DNA from: a bacterium
Lineage (GTDB): Bacteria > Patescibacteriota > Saccharimonadia > Saccharimonadales > JAUPVS01
Length of the DNA: 64,000 bases
Assembly: GCA_029780855.1 (NCBI GenBank)
Contig: JAKOXV010000003.1
Span: 162,357-226,356 of the forward strand
Direction of reading: 5' to 3'
The position numbers were made by a program, and so were the translations under genes. The notes beneath the pieces are model-generated. The model saw only the letters and a program-made list of their open reading frames with translations, was not told the origin of the DNA and did not search any database. Of this stretch, positions 16,590 to 27,400 are shown piece after piece; the stretch's first letter is position 1; each line of letters opens with the position of its first letter.

Positions 16590-18347
16590 ATGGATGCAGT
16601 CGAGGAGATCAAGCAGCGGTTGTCTATAGAGGACGTGCTCAGTGAGTACGTCGAGCTAAAACGTGCCGGGCGGAACTTTAAGGCGCTCAGCCCCTTTAGT
16701 AACGAAAAAACCCCTAGCTTAATGATTAGCCCCGAAAAACAGATTTGGCACGATTTTTCATCGGGTAAGGGCGGGGATATGATCAGCTTTGTAATGGAAA
16801 TGGAGGGGCTGGACTTCAAGGGCACGCTGGAGCTATTGGCCCGCAAGGCAGGGGTAGACCTGAGCCAGTATCAGAGAAGCAGCGGCGGCAACGCCAAGCT
16901 CAAGAAGCGGCTGGAAGAAGCGCATGAGCTGGCCACAAAGTTTTACCAGACCCACCTTACGCAGAATCCGGACGCTATCAATTATGTGTTCAAAAAACGG
17001 CGCATAAACAAAGAAACGGCGTTAGCGTTCAAAATCGGCTACGCACCGAACAATGGCAGTGCACTCACAGATTTTTTGATTAAAAAAGGATTCACCGCTG
17101 ACGAACTGACAAAAGCCGGCCTCTCTACCCGTCGCTCAGGTAGGCCGAGCGATATGTTCCGCGGACGAATCATGATACCGCTAATGGATCCACAAGGTGT
17201 GGTGATTGGATTTACGGGGCGTATCTTGGCTGATGTTCCCAATGCTCCCAAGTATCTCAATACCCCGCAAACACTGCTCTATGACAAAGGTCGACACGTG
17301 TTTGGGTTGCACTTGGCCAAGGAAAAAATCCGCAAAACTAAATACGCCGTGGTAGTGGAAGGGAACATGGATGTGGTGGCGAGTCACCAGGTTGGTGTCA
17401 CTAATGTCGTTGCTACCGCAGGAACGGCCATGACGGAGCACCATTTGAAAACGTTAGCTCGGTTCGTGCATGACGTGCGATTAAGTTTTGATCAGGACAA
17501 CGCCGGTATTGCCGCAGCTGAGCGGGTGATACCCTTGGCAAGTAAAACAGGGGTTAGTTTGAGTATTATTACTATTCCAGGGGCCAAAGATCCCGATGAA
17601 CTCATCCAGGCTGATCCAAAAAAATGGCAAGCTGCTATTGAGACGCCACAGTACGCCCTAGACTGGTTGATTGATCAGTATAAAAGCCGCTTAGATCTTG
17701 ATACGGCTCCTGGAAAACGTGAGTTTAGTGACGTCATTCTGGCGGTTGTGCGGACACTGCAGGATAGCGTAGAACAAGATCACTATTTGGGTACAGTTGG
17801 AAAAATATTGGGAGTTAGCAAAGATGCTTTGGCTACCAAACTGGTCGCTAAACCGGAAACTAAACGGCTCAAGCGGCACGTAGAGCTTGCGCCGCTTGAT
17901 CCGCTCCACGCCGAAACCGTGAAGAGTGAAAACCACTTTTTGTCGCTCGTGCTCATGGTGCCTAATTTACGCCCATTCTTACAACCACTGACCGAGGAAA
18001 TGTTTGTAGAAACTCAGTCATCGGAGCTGTATGCTTTTCTTACCCAAAATCCTGAGTTTTCGGGCACCAGTAAAGAGGTGGGGGGATTGAAAAACATCGG
18101 TCAGTATTGTAAAATGTTAGCATTACTCTATGAGGAACTCTATTCCCACCTCGAGTCTATAGAGCTTCGGTACGAAGCCGCTCGATTGCAGGTGCGCTTA
18201 ATAGAACGGTACGTGAAACGTAAAAAAGGTGAACTGGCCGAAAAAATGCGCCACGCCGACGAAACAGAAACGGGTACATTATTACAAAAAGCCAAGGCGC
18301 TCGACGCCTTGCTTAAGCTTACGCAAGAAGGAGAAGTGCATGGCTAG
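16590..18347 (+). CDS. dnaG: DNA primase
   Basis: Degenerate zinc-binding domain ([10 protein letters not shown]), [29 protein letters not shown]. Confidence 0.96.
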   Translation: MDAVEEIKQRLSIEDVLSEYVELKRAGRNFKALSPFSNEKTPSLMISPEKQIWHDFSSGKGGDMISFVMEMEGLDFKGTLELLARKAGVDLSQYQRSSGGNAKLKKRLEEAHELATKFYQTHLTQNPDAINYVFKKRRINKETALAFKIGYAPNNGSALTDFLIKKGFTADELTKAGLSTRRSGRPSDMFRGRIMIPLMDPQGVVIGFTGRILADVPNAPKYLNTPQTLLYDKGRHVFGLHLAKEKIRKTKYAVVVEGNMDVVASHQVGVTNVVATAGTAMTEHHLKTLARFVHDVRLSFDQDNAGIAAAERVIPLASKTGVSLSIITIPGAKDPDELIQADPKKWQAAIETPQYALDWLIDQYKSRLDLDTAPGKREFSDVILAVVRTLQDSVEQDHYLGTVGKILGVSKDALATKLVAKPETKRLKRHVELAPLDPLHAETVKSENHFLSLVLMVPNLRPFLQPLTEEMFVETQSSELYAFLTQNPEFSGTSKEVGGLKNIGQYCKMLALLYEELYSHLESIELRYEAARLQVRLIERYVKRKKGELAEKMRHADETETGTLLQKAKALDALLKLTQEGEVHG

Positions 18348-19464
18348 AAAAGCAGTGAAGAAAGCAAACCCAAGCGATTACGATGAAATTAAAGCTAAGC
18401 TAATCGCAAAGCACAAAAAAGCGGGGAAAATTGACCAACGTGAAGTCTTTCATAGCATCCCCGACACCCCGGAGAATATCGACGTCCTAGAAGGATTTTA
18501 TGCTGAGTTAACAGAGGCAGGTATTGAACTCATTGAAGCAACTGAGCCGAACGTGGAAGATTTTAGTGATGAGTGGGTAGAAGAAGATGATGAAGAGGAA
18601 ATCGTTCTCGATGACCAAACCTACCTAGATGACATTGCCGACGACTCCGTACGCCTATATTTGCGTGAAATTGGTAAGATCCCGCTGCTTACCGCCGAAG
18701 AAGAACTGGAGCTCGCACAGCGCGTGGTAGCCGGTGAAAAGGATGCCAAAGACAAGATGGCCGAGGCAAACATGCGCTTGGTTGTTTCGATTGCAAAACG
18801 CTATGTTGGCCGTGGGCTGGACCTTTTGGATCTTATCCAAGAAGGCAACACCGGATTGCTCCGCGCCGTTGAAAAGTTCGACCCGGATAAAGGGTTTAAG
18901 TTTAGTACCTATGCGACCTGGTGGATTCGTCAGGCTATCACCCGGGCTATCGCTGACCAGGCGCGTACGATTCGTATCCCCGTGCACATGGTAGAAACCA
19001 TTAACAAATTGCTCCGGACACAGCGTCGCCTCACCCAGGAATTGAACCGTGAACCTACCAATGATGAAATCGCCAAAGCGATGGAGATTGACGTTGATAA
19101 AGTTGAGCACATCATGAAGATTAAGCAAGATATATCCTCATTGGACGCCTCGGTTCGTGATGATGAGGAAGATTCTGTACTCGGCGACTTTATTGAGGAC
19201 GAAGACACTGTAACCCCCGAAGAGGCAGCCACCGGGCAGCTACTAAAAGAGCACGTCAAGGATATGCTCGGTGCCCTGACTGAGCGTGAGCAAAAAATAC
19301 TAAAACTTCGTTTTGGGCTGGAAGATGGCAAGAGTCATACACTTGAAGAAGTGGGGCAAGAATTTAGCGTGACCCGTGAACGCATCCGCCAAATAGAAGC
19401 CAAAGCACTAGCGAAACTACGAAAGCACAAAGACGCTCGCAAGCTGCACGATTACATCAAATAA
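18340..19464 (+). CDS. rpoD: RNA polymerase primary sigma factor
   Basis: [41 protein letters not shown]; start re-called to 18340 after AAGGAG. Confidence 0.97.
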   Translation: MARKAVKKANPSDYDEIKAKLIAKHKKAGKIDQREVFHSIPDTPENIDVLEGFYAELTEAGIELIEATEPNVEDFSDEWVEEDDEEEIVLDDQTYLDDIADDSVRLYLREIGKIPLLTAEEELELAQRVVAGEKDAKDKMAEANMRLVVSIAKRYVGRGLDLLDLIQEGNTGLLRAVEKFDPDKGFKFSTYATWWIRQAITRAIADQARTIRIPVHMVETINKLLRTQRRLTQELNREPTNDEIAKAMEIDVDKVEHIMKIKQDISSLDASVRDDEEDSVLGDFIEDEDTVTPEEAATGQLLKEHVKDMLGALTEREQKILKLRFGLEDGKSHTLEEVGQEFSVTRERIRQIEAKALAKLRKHKDARKLHDYIK

Positions 19465-19495
19465 TCCGGCTGACTACTCTGATACAATAGGGGTC

Positions 19496-20083
19496 ATGAA
19501 GGTAATCGGACTAAGCGGGACTAACGGAGCTGGAAAAGATAGTTTGGGTGATATGCTCGCTGAACGCTACGGGTATCTGTTTGTTTCGATGACCGATATG
19601 TTGCGCGCCGAAGCCCGCAATCGCGGCGAACCGGTGGAGCGAGAAGTGCTAAGAACTATCAGTGCCGAGTGGCGGCGGGAAAATGGCCTGGGAGTGCTCG
19701 TCGATAAAGCGGTCAAATACTACGACTCTCAGAAGGGACGCTATGCGGGACTAGTGGTCGCAAGTTTGCGAAACCCCGGAGAAGCGGACCGTATTCATGA
19801 ACTAGGCGGTGTTGTGATTTGGGTAGATGCCGATCCGAAAGTTCGGTACGTTCGGATTAGCAAAAACGCCGCGGCGCGCGGTCGACTGGCCGAGGATACC
19901 AAAACGTTTGATGAGTTTATGGCGGATGAAGAAGTTGAAATGCAGCCCTCCGGGGACACTGCCACACTAGACATGAGCGGTGTTAAAGCCAAGTGTGATG
20001 TGCAGATATATAACAACGGAGATGACGTACGGCAATTTAAAGATAGCGCAGAGGCGCAGCTACAAAGGGAAGTAGGCCTATGA
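19496..20083 (+). CDS. P-loop nucleoside monophosphate / dephospho-CoA kinase-like protein
   Basis: GLSGTNGAGKD Walker A, SLRNPGE, VDADPKVRY. Confidence 0.7.
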   Translation: MKVIGLSGTNGAGKDSLGDMLAERYGYLFVSMTDMLRAEARNRGEPVEREVLRTISAEWRRENGLGVLVDKAVKYYDSQKGRYAGLVVASLRNPGEADRIHELGGVVIWVDADPKVRYVRISKNAAARGRLAEDTKTFDEFMADEEVEMQPSGDTATLDMSGVKAKCDVQIYNNGDDVRQFKDSAEAQLQREVGL

Positions 20084-21183
20084 AAACCGCACCAAAAAAC
20101 GATGTAGAAGTGTTTAAGTCAGCCATAGCCAGGTATAAGCAGCTAATTGATGACGATATCACTAATTACCTCAAACATGCTCAGAAAACTACTCTGCAAC
20201 AGTTTGGAACCCATTCCCGTGTGGCGTTTGATGCGTTTGGCTCAATTCTGGAACGTGGTGGAAAGCGGATTCGCGGCGCGCTTGTAATGCAAGGGTACGA
20301 AATGTGCGGTGGCACAAACAAACAGATGATTATTCAGGCTGCCCGAGCGGTTGAGATGATTCACGCCTACATCCTGATACTGGACGACATCCAAGATCGT
20401 TCGGTGCTTCGAAGAGGTGGTGATACTGCCCATATCCAACTGGCTAAGTATCATGCTCAAAAACAACTCGCTGATGACGCGGACCATTTTGGTGAAGCTA
20501 TCGCCATAAATGCTGCGGTGCTTGGCAACCACGCTGCTCACGCAATCCTGGCCAACCTTGATGCTGATCCTCAACTACGTACCAATGTCATAAGTATCAT
20601 GAGTCGAACCATGGTAGTAACCGCCCACGGACAGACAAACGATATCATGAATGAAGTTACCGATACGGTTACCGAAAAAGACGTGCAGAATGTTCAAGAG
20701 TGGAAGACGGCACACTACAGTATTCTTAATCCACTACATGTTGGGATGGTACTTGCAGGCGCTGATTGCCACGCTACAGATGCGGTCACGCCTTATGCGA
20801 TGCACACCGGGCTAGCCTTTCAGATAACGGATGATATCCTCGGAGTTTTCGGTACAGAACATGAAAGCGGGAAAAGTCCCATGGATGATATCCGAGAGGG
20901 AAAGCGCACATTGCTATCAACATACGCGCTTGAGCATACAGAAGCGGCCGATAAGAATTTCCTCATCCAAATGTTAGGGAACTCGCAGCTGACCAAGAGC
21001 GAATTTGGGCGGTGTAAGGAAATACTTCAATCCAGCGGCGCCTTGGCTTATTCGCAAACTGCCGCCAAACGACACATTGAACAAGCAATTGCTTCGCTAG
21101 AAGATGTCCAAAAACACTGGTCAGGAGAGGGAACACAGTTTTTGACCGGTTTGGCACAGTATTTACTAACGAGGACTAGTTGA
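20080..21183 (+). CDS. polyprenyl diphosphate synthase (type I GGPP synthase-like)
   Basis: GGKRIR, YILILDDIQD...RRG, GQ, KTA, FQITDD, GKSPMDDIREGK. Confidence 0.92.
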   Translation: MKTAPKNDVEVFKSAIARYKQLIDDDITNYLKHAQKTTLQQFGTHSRVAFDAFGSILERGGKRIRGALVMQGYEMCGGTNKQMIIQAARAVEMIHAYILILDDIQDRSVLRRGGDTAHIQLAKYHAQKQLADDADHFGEAIAINAAVLGNHAAHAILANLDADPQLRTNVISIMSRTMVVTAHGQTNDIMNEVTDTVTEKDVQNVQEWKTAHYSILNPLHVGMVLAGADCHATDAVTPYAMHTGLAFQITDDILGVFGTEHESGKSPMDDIREGKRTLLSTYALEHTEAADKNFLIQMLGNSQLTKSEFGRCKEILQSSGALAYSQTAAKRHIEQAIASLEDVQKHWSGEGTQFLTGLAQYLLTRTS

Positions 21184-21193
21184 AGGAGGGGTT

Positions 21194-21463
21194 GTGACTG
21201 GACCAAGGATTCCCATAGAGTCTGGCATGGATGATAGCTGGCGCGAAGAAGCTGCCTGTAATGATATGGGTCCTGAGTATTTCTATGCCGACAAAGACAG
21301 TCCGGAGTATGAATTTGCCAAGATTGTCTGTGGGAGTTGCGCAGTACGAGCTGAATGTCTAGATTTCGCCCTGGTTACCAGGGAGAAGTTCGGGATTTGG
21401 GGCGGCTATGACGAAAGAGAGCGGGGAAGAATGATCCGTCGCCGGCAAGTTTCGGCACTGTAG
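21194..21463 (+). CDS. WhiB-family Fe-S transcription factor
   Basis: WREEAAC, CGSCAVRAEC (four Cys), GIWGG turn, ERER; AAGGAGG RBS. Confidence 0.92.
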   Translation: MTGPRIPIESGMDDSWREEAACNDMGPEYFYADKDSPEYEFAKIVCGSCAVRAECLDFALVTREKFGIWGGYDERERGRMIRRRQVSAL

Positions 21464-21479
21464 CGTATACTGGTATGAG

Positions 21480-24116
21480 ATGAGTGAGGAAAAGCCGAAA
21501 AAACTGGCGATTATTGATGGTAAATCGGTATTTTACCGGGGTTACTATGCTATGCCAAATCTCGCCACCAAAGATGGTACCCCAACTGGTGGTGTGTATG
21601 GCTTTGCAACTATGGCTTTGGAGGTATTAAAGCGGCTCAAGCCCGATTATGTTTGCGTTGCCTGGGATAAGCCAAAAACTAACATCCGTAAACGTCTGGA
21701 ACTGTATCCCGAATATAAGGCCGGCCGGAAACCAGCACCGGCAGATTTTTATGAACAAATTCCGGTTCTCCATGAACTGCTGGATGCGTTCGGGTGGCCA
21801 CTGTATGAACTAGACGACTACGAGGCCGATGATATCATGGGTACATTGGCGGTGCAGGCACGGGAAAAGGGAATCGATACGGCGCTGATAACCAGTGACC
21901 TCGATTTACTCCAGGTCATCAACGGTAACGTCCACGTGTATGCACTCAAAAAAGGCCTGTCCAACATAGAATTGTATTCACCCAAGAGCTTTGAGGCTAA
22001 GTACCATATTGGCGTTGAACAATTTTTGGATATGAAAGCACTGAAAGGCGACAGCTCCGACAATATACCCGGCGTACCAGGTATAGGAGAAAAGGGCGCT
22101 ATCCAGCTGCTGCAGGAGTTCAAGACACTCGATGGCGTATACGATAACCTGGGGCTCGTCAAAGATAGCCTGAGGCGAAAACTAGAGGCCGGGAAAGACT
22201 CTGCGTATTTAAGTAAGAAATTGGCAGCCATATGGACCGATGCCCCAATCAAGCTTGACCTTAAGGCGCTGGATATTAGCCAGTGTGATCCTAACCAAAT
22301 TCACAAAATACTCCAAAAATTGGAGTTCCGTAATCTGGCTCGCCAGCTTCCTGAGGTTATGCAGGTAACAGAGGCTCACGAAAGTAGAAATGTCTACGAG
22401 CACGGCTTTAAAGGGACATACAAAATTATCAACAAAGACAGTGAACTAGCGGGTTTGGAACTGGGAGATACCGTCACGGTGGTTGGTCGCTGTGCTGGCA
22501 AACACGGCGCAGACCCTAAATATCTGGTTCTGAGTGACAAGCGGGATCGAGTGTTCACGCTTAATTTGCAATCCTTGAGTGCGGCGAGGGTGGCCAAAAC
22601 CCTGCAGCCGGTTAAAAAAATGGTTGGGTACGATGTGAAGGCTACGCTCAAGCTCCTTCTAACCCTTGGTATTAGTCTGCCGCGGGTGGAGCATGACGTA
22701 CTGGACGGAGCGTTTTTGATAAATTCCTTGCGCCGACAGCAATCACTCACCGAACTTGCCGAGGCCGATCTTGGCTACGAGGGAACTAGTCTGGATGATC
22801 TGGATGATGAGCAGTTCGTGGAGCGGGCACCAGAAGTTTTAGCCGTCATCCGGTCGCTCCATGAGCAGCAGCGTAAGGCCATGGCAGAGATTCCTAAATT
22901 ACAGCAGCTCGCAGAAACGGTTGAATGGCCGCTCATGCCAGTGCTTGCCCGTATGGAGCACACCGGAATTTTGCTCGACACCAAGTATCTACAAAACTTC
23001 GCGGGTGAAATTGAAGACGTGATTTTACATGTCGAACAACAGATTTATGGGCATGCTGATACGGATTTCAACATAGCGAGCCCCTCCCAGCTCGCCGATG
23101 TCTTGTTCACAAAACTCAATTTACCAACACAGGGCATTAAAAAAGGTAAAACAGGGTATTCTACGGCGGCGACAGAGCTCGATAAACTTAGAGGGCTGCA
23201 CCCGATTATTGATTTAATCACTCAGTACCGCGAAGTTACCAAGCTCAAAAACACCTATGTCGACACGTTACCAAAGCAGGTTGATAAAAACTCTCGCTTA
23301 CACACAACATTCAACCTGACCGTTGCACAAACGGGAAGACTGAGTAGCAATGATCCAAACCTCCAGAATATTCCCATTCGGACTGAGCTGGGCAAGCGGA
23401 TTCGCAAGGCGTTCGTTGCCGATACGGGCAACGTGTTTGTGAGCGCGGATTATAGTCAGTTTGAACTCCGCTTGGCTGCCGCACTCAGTGGCGATAAGGG
23501 CATGTTAGACGCCTTTAACGATGAGGATGGTGACATTCATACCATCACGGCAGCAGCAGTGTACGGGATTAAGCCAGAAGACGTGACAAAAGAGATGCGC
23601 TACTCTGCCAAGGCGGTGAATTTTGGCATTATGTACGGTCAGGGGCCGCACGGACTAGCCCAGGGAACGGGAATGAGTTTTGCTGATGCTAAGCAATTTA
23701 TTGATAAGTATTTTGAAATCCGTCCAAAACTTAAAGACTATATCGAGAGTTTACGAGAGAAGGCTAAAAATGACGGCTATGTAGAGACCTTGCTCGGTCG
23801 CCGCCGGCCTACGCCTGATGTACACTCATCCAATTTTGCGGTGCGCGAAGCCGCTTACCGGGCAGCAATAAATATGCCGCTGCAGGGAACAGCTGCCGAT
23901 ATCATGAAATTGGCTATGATCGCGGTTGATGAAAAGTTACAGGGTACGGGCGCCAAACAGTTACTACAGATCCATGACGCAATCTTAGCTGAATGTCCGG
24001 AAGCGGAGGCCGAAAAAGTGGGCAAAATTCTGAAAACCACTATGGAAGACATCTATAAACTTCCGGTTACTCTAAAAGTAGAGGTTTCTACCGGTAAAGA
24101 CTGGGGCGAGGTATGA
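21480..24116 (+). CDS. polA: DNA polymerase I
   Basis: 5'-3' exonuclease (EADD, GDSSDNIPGV) and polymerase motifs (TGRLSS, DYSQFELR, KAVNFGIMYG, QIHD). Confidence 0.98.
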   Translation: MSEEKPKKLAIIDGKSVFYRGYYAMPNLATKDGTPTGGVYGFATMALEVLKRLKPDYVCVAWDKPKTNIRKRLELYPEYKAGRKPAPADFYEQIPVLHELLDAFGWPLYELDDYEADDIMGTLAVQAREKGIDTALITSDLDLLQVINGNVHVYALKKGLSNIELYSPKSFEAKYHIGVEQFLDMKALKGDSSDNIPGVPGIGEKGAIQLLQEFKTLDGVYDNLGLVKDSLRRKLEAGKDSAYLSKKLAAIWTDAPIKLDLKALDISQCDPNQIHKILQKLEFRNLARQLPEVMQVTEAHESRNVYEHGFKGTYKIINKDSELAGLELGDTVTVVGRCAGKHGADPKYLVLSDKRDRVFTLNLQSLSAARVAKTLQPVKKMVGYDVKATLKLLLTLGISLPRVEHDVLDGAFLINSLRRQQSLTELAEADLGYEGTSLDDLDDEQFVERAPEVLAVIRSLHEQQRKAMAEIPKLQQLAETVEWPLMPVLARMEHTGILLDTKYLQNFAGEIEDVILHVEQQIYGHADTDFNIASPSQLADVLFTKLNLPTQGIKKGKTGYSTAATELDKLRGLHPIIDLITQYREVTKLKNTYVDTLPKQVDKNSRLHTTFNLTVAQTGRLSSNDPNLQNIPIRTELGKRIRKAFVADTGNVFVSADYSQFELRLAAALSGDKGMLDAFNDEDGDIHTITAAAVYGIKPEDVTKEMRYSAKAVNFGIMYGQGPHGLAQGTGMSFADAKQFIDKYFEIRPKLKDYIESLREKAKNDGYVETLLGRRRPTPDVHSSNFAVREAAYRAAINMPLQGTAADIMKLAMIAVDEKLQGTGAKQLLQIHDAILAECPEAEAEKVGKILKTTMEDIYKLPVTLKVEVSTGKDWGEV

Positions 24117-24649
24117 GCGAGCATGCGCTAGAAATTGCTACCACGGATTACGCCAACAAACTCCGGGCCTTCATAAATAAGTTCCATTTGCCCAACGTAT
24201 GGTTTGATGAGCCGGATCATATTGCTTTTAAGGCGCGTGATTCATATGGCTACGAACGCCTGTTAAAAGGATTTGTTCCCATGTCTGAAAGTGTAAGTTA
24301 CGTAGAAATGGATGGACGTAGGTTAGCCGCCGCCAAGCTTACTGCACCGCTGGCAATCGGGACTTTCAGTTCGGTTTCGTGGGTAGAAATAATGGAGCCA
24401 CGGCCCGAGAAAGTAGGCAAGGGGTTTGTTGGCCTGGAACATATGGAGTTCTGGCACGCCGACTTCGATAAGGTAAGGAATAACCTAGACGACGCACGGA
24501 TTCCCTATACCCTACAGAGTAATCCTGGCCACGCCTGGATAAATATCGTACTTAACGAAGCTGGACAGGAACTCAAGATAAACGATCGGCCTCTGGAGTT
24601 TATTGTGGCTGAGGAAATTCGTAACGGTGAAGCCCATGTCATCCTTTAA
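24113..24649 (+). CDS. YecM-like VOC family protein
   Basis: DHIAFK, GRRL, VEIMEP, GLEHMEF, K...PL..IV. Confidence 0.7.
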   Translation: MSEHALEIATTDYANKLRAFINKFHLPNVWFDEPDHIAFKARDSYGYERLLKGFVPMSESVSYVEMDGRRLAAAKLTAPLAIGTFSSVSWVEIMEPRPEKVGKGFVGLEHMEFWHADFDKVRNNLDDARIPYTLQSNPGHAWINIVLNEAGQELKINDRPLEFIVAEEIRNGEAHVIL

Positions 24650-24962
24650 TAAACTAGTTCGCGATAAGATTCCGGAAATTATTTCGGCAAACGGGAGTAA
24701 GCCGGTTACTCGGGTACTAGATGTCGATGAATATGCTGTAGAACTAGAAAGAAAAGACCGCGAAGAACATAGGGAATTTCTTGAAGCTGAAACTCGTGAA
24801 GAAAAACTAGAAGAGCTTGCTGATAGAATGGAGATCTTAAGGGCTCAGGCTGAGTTGCTAGGGTACACCCCCGATGAGCTTGAGGCGGTGCGGGCTGAAA
24901 AGGCCCAGGCGAGGGGAGGGTTTGCGATGAGAATCTACCTTGAGCGTGTAGAGGACGATTGA
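24636..24962 (+). CDS. MazG-like / PRA-PH nucleoside triphosphate pyrophosphohydrolase
   Basis: NKLVRDKIPEII, EE..E, EELAD..E, K...RGGF..RIYL. Confidence 0.85.
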   Translation: MSSFNKLVRDKIPEIISANGSKPVTRVLDVDEYAVELERKDREEHREFLEAETREEKLEELADRMEILRAQAELLGYTPDELEAVRAEKAQARGGFAMRIYLERVEDD

Positions 24963-24980
24963 GTTTAGTACAATAGAAGC

Positions 24981-25772
24981 ATGACAGAACAGTGGAGGGG
25001 TAAAGGGGAATTTTTAGACGCGCCTATGCTTTATATTCCCTCCGAAAGACTAACTAACATTGAACAACGTCTTGGGCCTTACGGCCCCGGTGTGTTCCAT
25101 ATTCCGGAGGCCTTAACTCCTCAGGCCGCCGATGAGTTGCTGGCTGAAGCGGCAGCCCTAAAATGGCGTGACGCTGGTGAGGACTACTACAACATCCGTG
25201 GAGTTCATGTGATCCAAAACCATGAGGTTTACGCCCTAAAGTTACTCCAGGGCGATGCTGCTTTTGTGGATGCCTTGCCAAAGATGAAGCAGTTGGCGCT
25301 TGAGACTGAAGCGTTCATACAGAGTTTGGGTACTCACTTTGCGTCGCTGAGTACGTGGGTTGCAGATGAAATGTCGTACCACCAGTATTACGATGCCGAG
25401 AAAGGTCTGACTCCTCACAAGGATAACAAGCGCTTTCCTGGCGTGGTGGTTGTGATTACCATCGATGGATCGAGTGACTTTGAAATTGTGAGTAGAGAAC
25501 CAAAATCATACAAGATTGACCCGGTGACCGGAAATGAAATCGTCGATGAGTGGACCTGGTTCAGTACGTACCGCGTACCGGTTAGCCCTGGCAGCATGGC
25601 GATTATGCGTGCACCTGGGCTTTTTGCGGAGGCTCCCGGTGAAGATTGGCGACCAGAACACGCCGTAATGAATGTGGCCAATGCGCACCGTACCGCCTTC
25701 TTGCTACGAGCAAACAGCCGGCCAAACGAACAGAGCGGCGGGTTTGTCTACGAGAATTGGCCGGTAGAGTAA
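24981..25772 (+). CDS. 2OG-Fe(II) dioxygenase (AlkB-like fold)
   Basis: HKD...RPEH...RTAFLLR pattern. Confidence 0.7.
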   Translation: MTEQWRGKGEFLDAPMLYIPSERLTNIEQRLGPYGPGVFHIPEALTPQAADELLAEAAALKWRDAGEDYYNIRGVHVIQNHEVYALKLLQGDAAFVDALPKMKQLALETEAFIQSLGTHFASLSTWVADEMSYHQYYDAEKGLTPHKDNKRFPGVVVVITIDGSSDFEIVSREPKSYKIDPVTGNEIVDEWTWFSTYRVPVSPGSMAIMRAPGLFAEAPGEDWRPEHAVMNVANAHRTAFLLRANSRPNEQSGGFVYENWPVE

Positions 25773-25816
25773 CTGCTTTTGTTTAAACGGTAAGTTTTTG
25801 GGTATATTGAAGTGTA

Positions 25817-26494
25817 ATGAATGTGCAAATGCATCCAAACATCACTGAGGTTGCCTCACTCGGACCGGAAGGACCGGGTGTTATGTTGTCTCGAGGTCTT
25901 GTGGCGCCAGAACTTACTGCGTCGCTGGCAGATGAGTTAGCGAACAGCCAACGTTGGGAACAGCCCATAGAGTACTTTCAGAAACGTCCCAATGTGCTAC
26001 AAAATTATGAAAAAATTGCGTTAATCCTTTCTCACGGAAACCAAGCGGTGATCGATGCGGAACTGCCTTCTTTGCGTACGCTCGTAAAAACGGTTGGGGC
26101 GTTTGCGCTAGAAATGGCTGATACGTTTCCGGCGTTGTCAGACTATCAAATAAATGATGTCGACTGTCACCGTTACAACGGTGATGGCGGAGTGCTGGGT
26201 ATGCACAAGGATTATCCAAGAAACACAAAGCTTATCGCTATCTACACAGCTGAAGGGTCGGGCATATTTCACTATGAACATGGTGGCCGGGACACCGGGA
26301 TAACGGTTGAGAGCGGGGACGTGCTATTCATGAGGGCTCCCGGACTTTACGATTTGGTAACTGATATTCGGCCGCTGCATGGAGCTACACCTGGCGAAAA
26401 CGGGAGGAAGTGTGTGGTGCTCCGGGAAGACCGCAACCCCGCGGCGACAAGGCCGTACGAGGGTTACTATGATAATTGGCCAAAAAAGGATTAA
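25817..26494 (+). CDS. 2OG-Fe(II) dioxygenase (AlkB-like fold), paralogue of the upstream gene
   Basis: HKD...MRAPGL...RPLH...RKCVVLR; C-terminal Y.NWP shared with the upstream gene. Confidence 0.7.
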   Translation: MNVQMHPNITEVASLGPEGPGVMLSRGLVAPELTASLADELANSQRWEQPIEYFQKRPNVLQNYEKIALILSHGNQAVIDAELPSLRTLVKTVGAFALEMADTFPALSDYQINDVDCHRYNGDGGVLGMHKDYPRNTKLIAIYTAEGSGIFHYEHGGRDTGITVESGDVLFMRAPGLYDLVTDIRPLHGATPGENGRKCVVLREDRNPAATRPYEGYYDNWPKKD

Positions 26495-27315
26495 GCCAGT
26501 AGTAATTCGCGATGGGCGGCAACGTCATGAACCCGGAGGTATGCAGCGCCAGCACCTACGGCGATGGCGCCAGCATACAAGTTCCGTTCGCGCATCCAAG
26601 GTTTGTTGTCTTTCAGACTGTCGGCGTTTGGCAAGTACGTGCCGGTTTGCTGATCGCTTCTCAGGAACGATTTATTGGAGTAGCCAATCATAACAGGGGA
26701 GTCCACCCTGCGGCCAAATTTGAGCAACTCCCAGTTTAAACGCATGGTTTTACCAAATCCGATACCAGGGTCTAATATGATTGCTCCGGCAGAAACGCCG
26801 GCTGTAATCATTTGTTCACGTCGTTCCAAAAGTTCATCCACGACTTGTTGAGCAGAATCAATCTTGTGTTCGGCGGAGTGGGCGGCTTGAATATCCTGGC
26901 CGAATGAAGCAGGATGATGACTTACGATTGCTGGAAATTGGAGCTTAGCTACCGTCTCAACCATTTCAGGGTTATTAAAACCGGTTACATCGTTTACGAT
27001 TACCGGGCCCATATTGGCAGCCACCCAACGGACTGTTTCCGGACGGTAGGTATCGAGGGAAATCTGTTCGGTAAAGAGGGCGGCGTATTCGTTGAGTACG
27101 GGGCCTAGACGGCGCTTTTCTTCTTCAAAATCGATCGCTTCCGCTCCTGGTCTCGTGGATTCTGCACCGATATCAATAAATGCTGCACCTTCGTCAAAGA
27201 GCTGCCGGGCCTGCTTGAGTGCATCATAGGGGTCAAAGTACTTGCCGCCATCACTAAAGCTATCTGGTGTAATGTTTAATACGCCGACTAATTTGGTCCC
27301 CTCACTTTGTTCCAT
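26491..27315 (-). CDS. folP: dihydropteroate synthase
   Basis: GVLNITPDSFSDGG, DIGAESTRPG, DPGIGFGK, SNKSF, LRVHDV; start re-called to 27315. Confidence 0.93.
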   Translation of the reverse strand: MEQSEGTKLVGVLNITPDSFSDGGKYFDPYDALKQARQLFDEGAAFIDIGAESTRPGAEAIDFEEEKRRLGPVLNEYAALFTEQISLDTYRPETVRWVAANMGPVIVNDVTGFNNPEMVETVAKLQFPAIVSHHPASFGQDIQAAHSAEHKIDSAQQVVDELLERREQMITAGVSAGAIILDPGIGFGKTMRLNWELLKFGRRVDSPVMIGYSNKSFLRSDQQTGTYLPNADSLKDNKPWMRERNLYAGAIAVGAGAAYLRVHDVAAHRELLLA

Positions 27316-27400
27316 GACTTTAAGTATAGCAAACAGAGGGATTTGGTTGTAAAAAATTGACTTTTGTGTTATTATACTTCTGTAAATTGAAAGTTTTGGA

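Noticed and set aside
16590-16800. dnaG as a pseudogene because the zinc-finger Cys residues are missing
   Set aside because: The frame and catalytic motifs are intact, so this looks like a zinc-free variant rather than decay.
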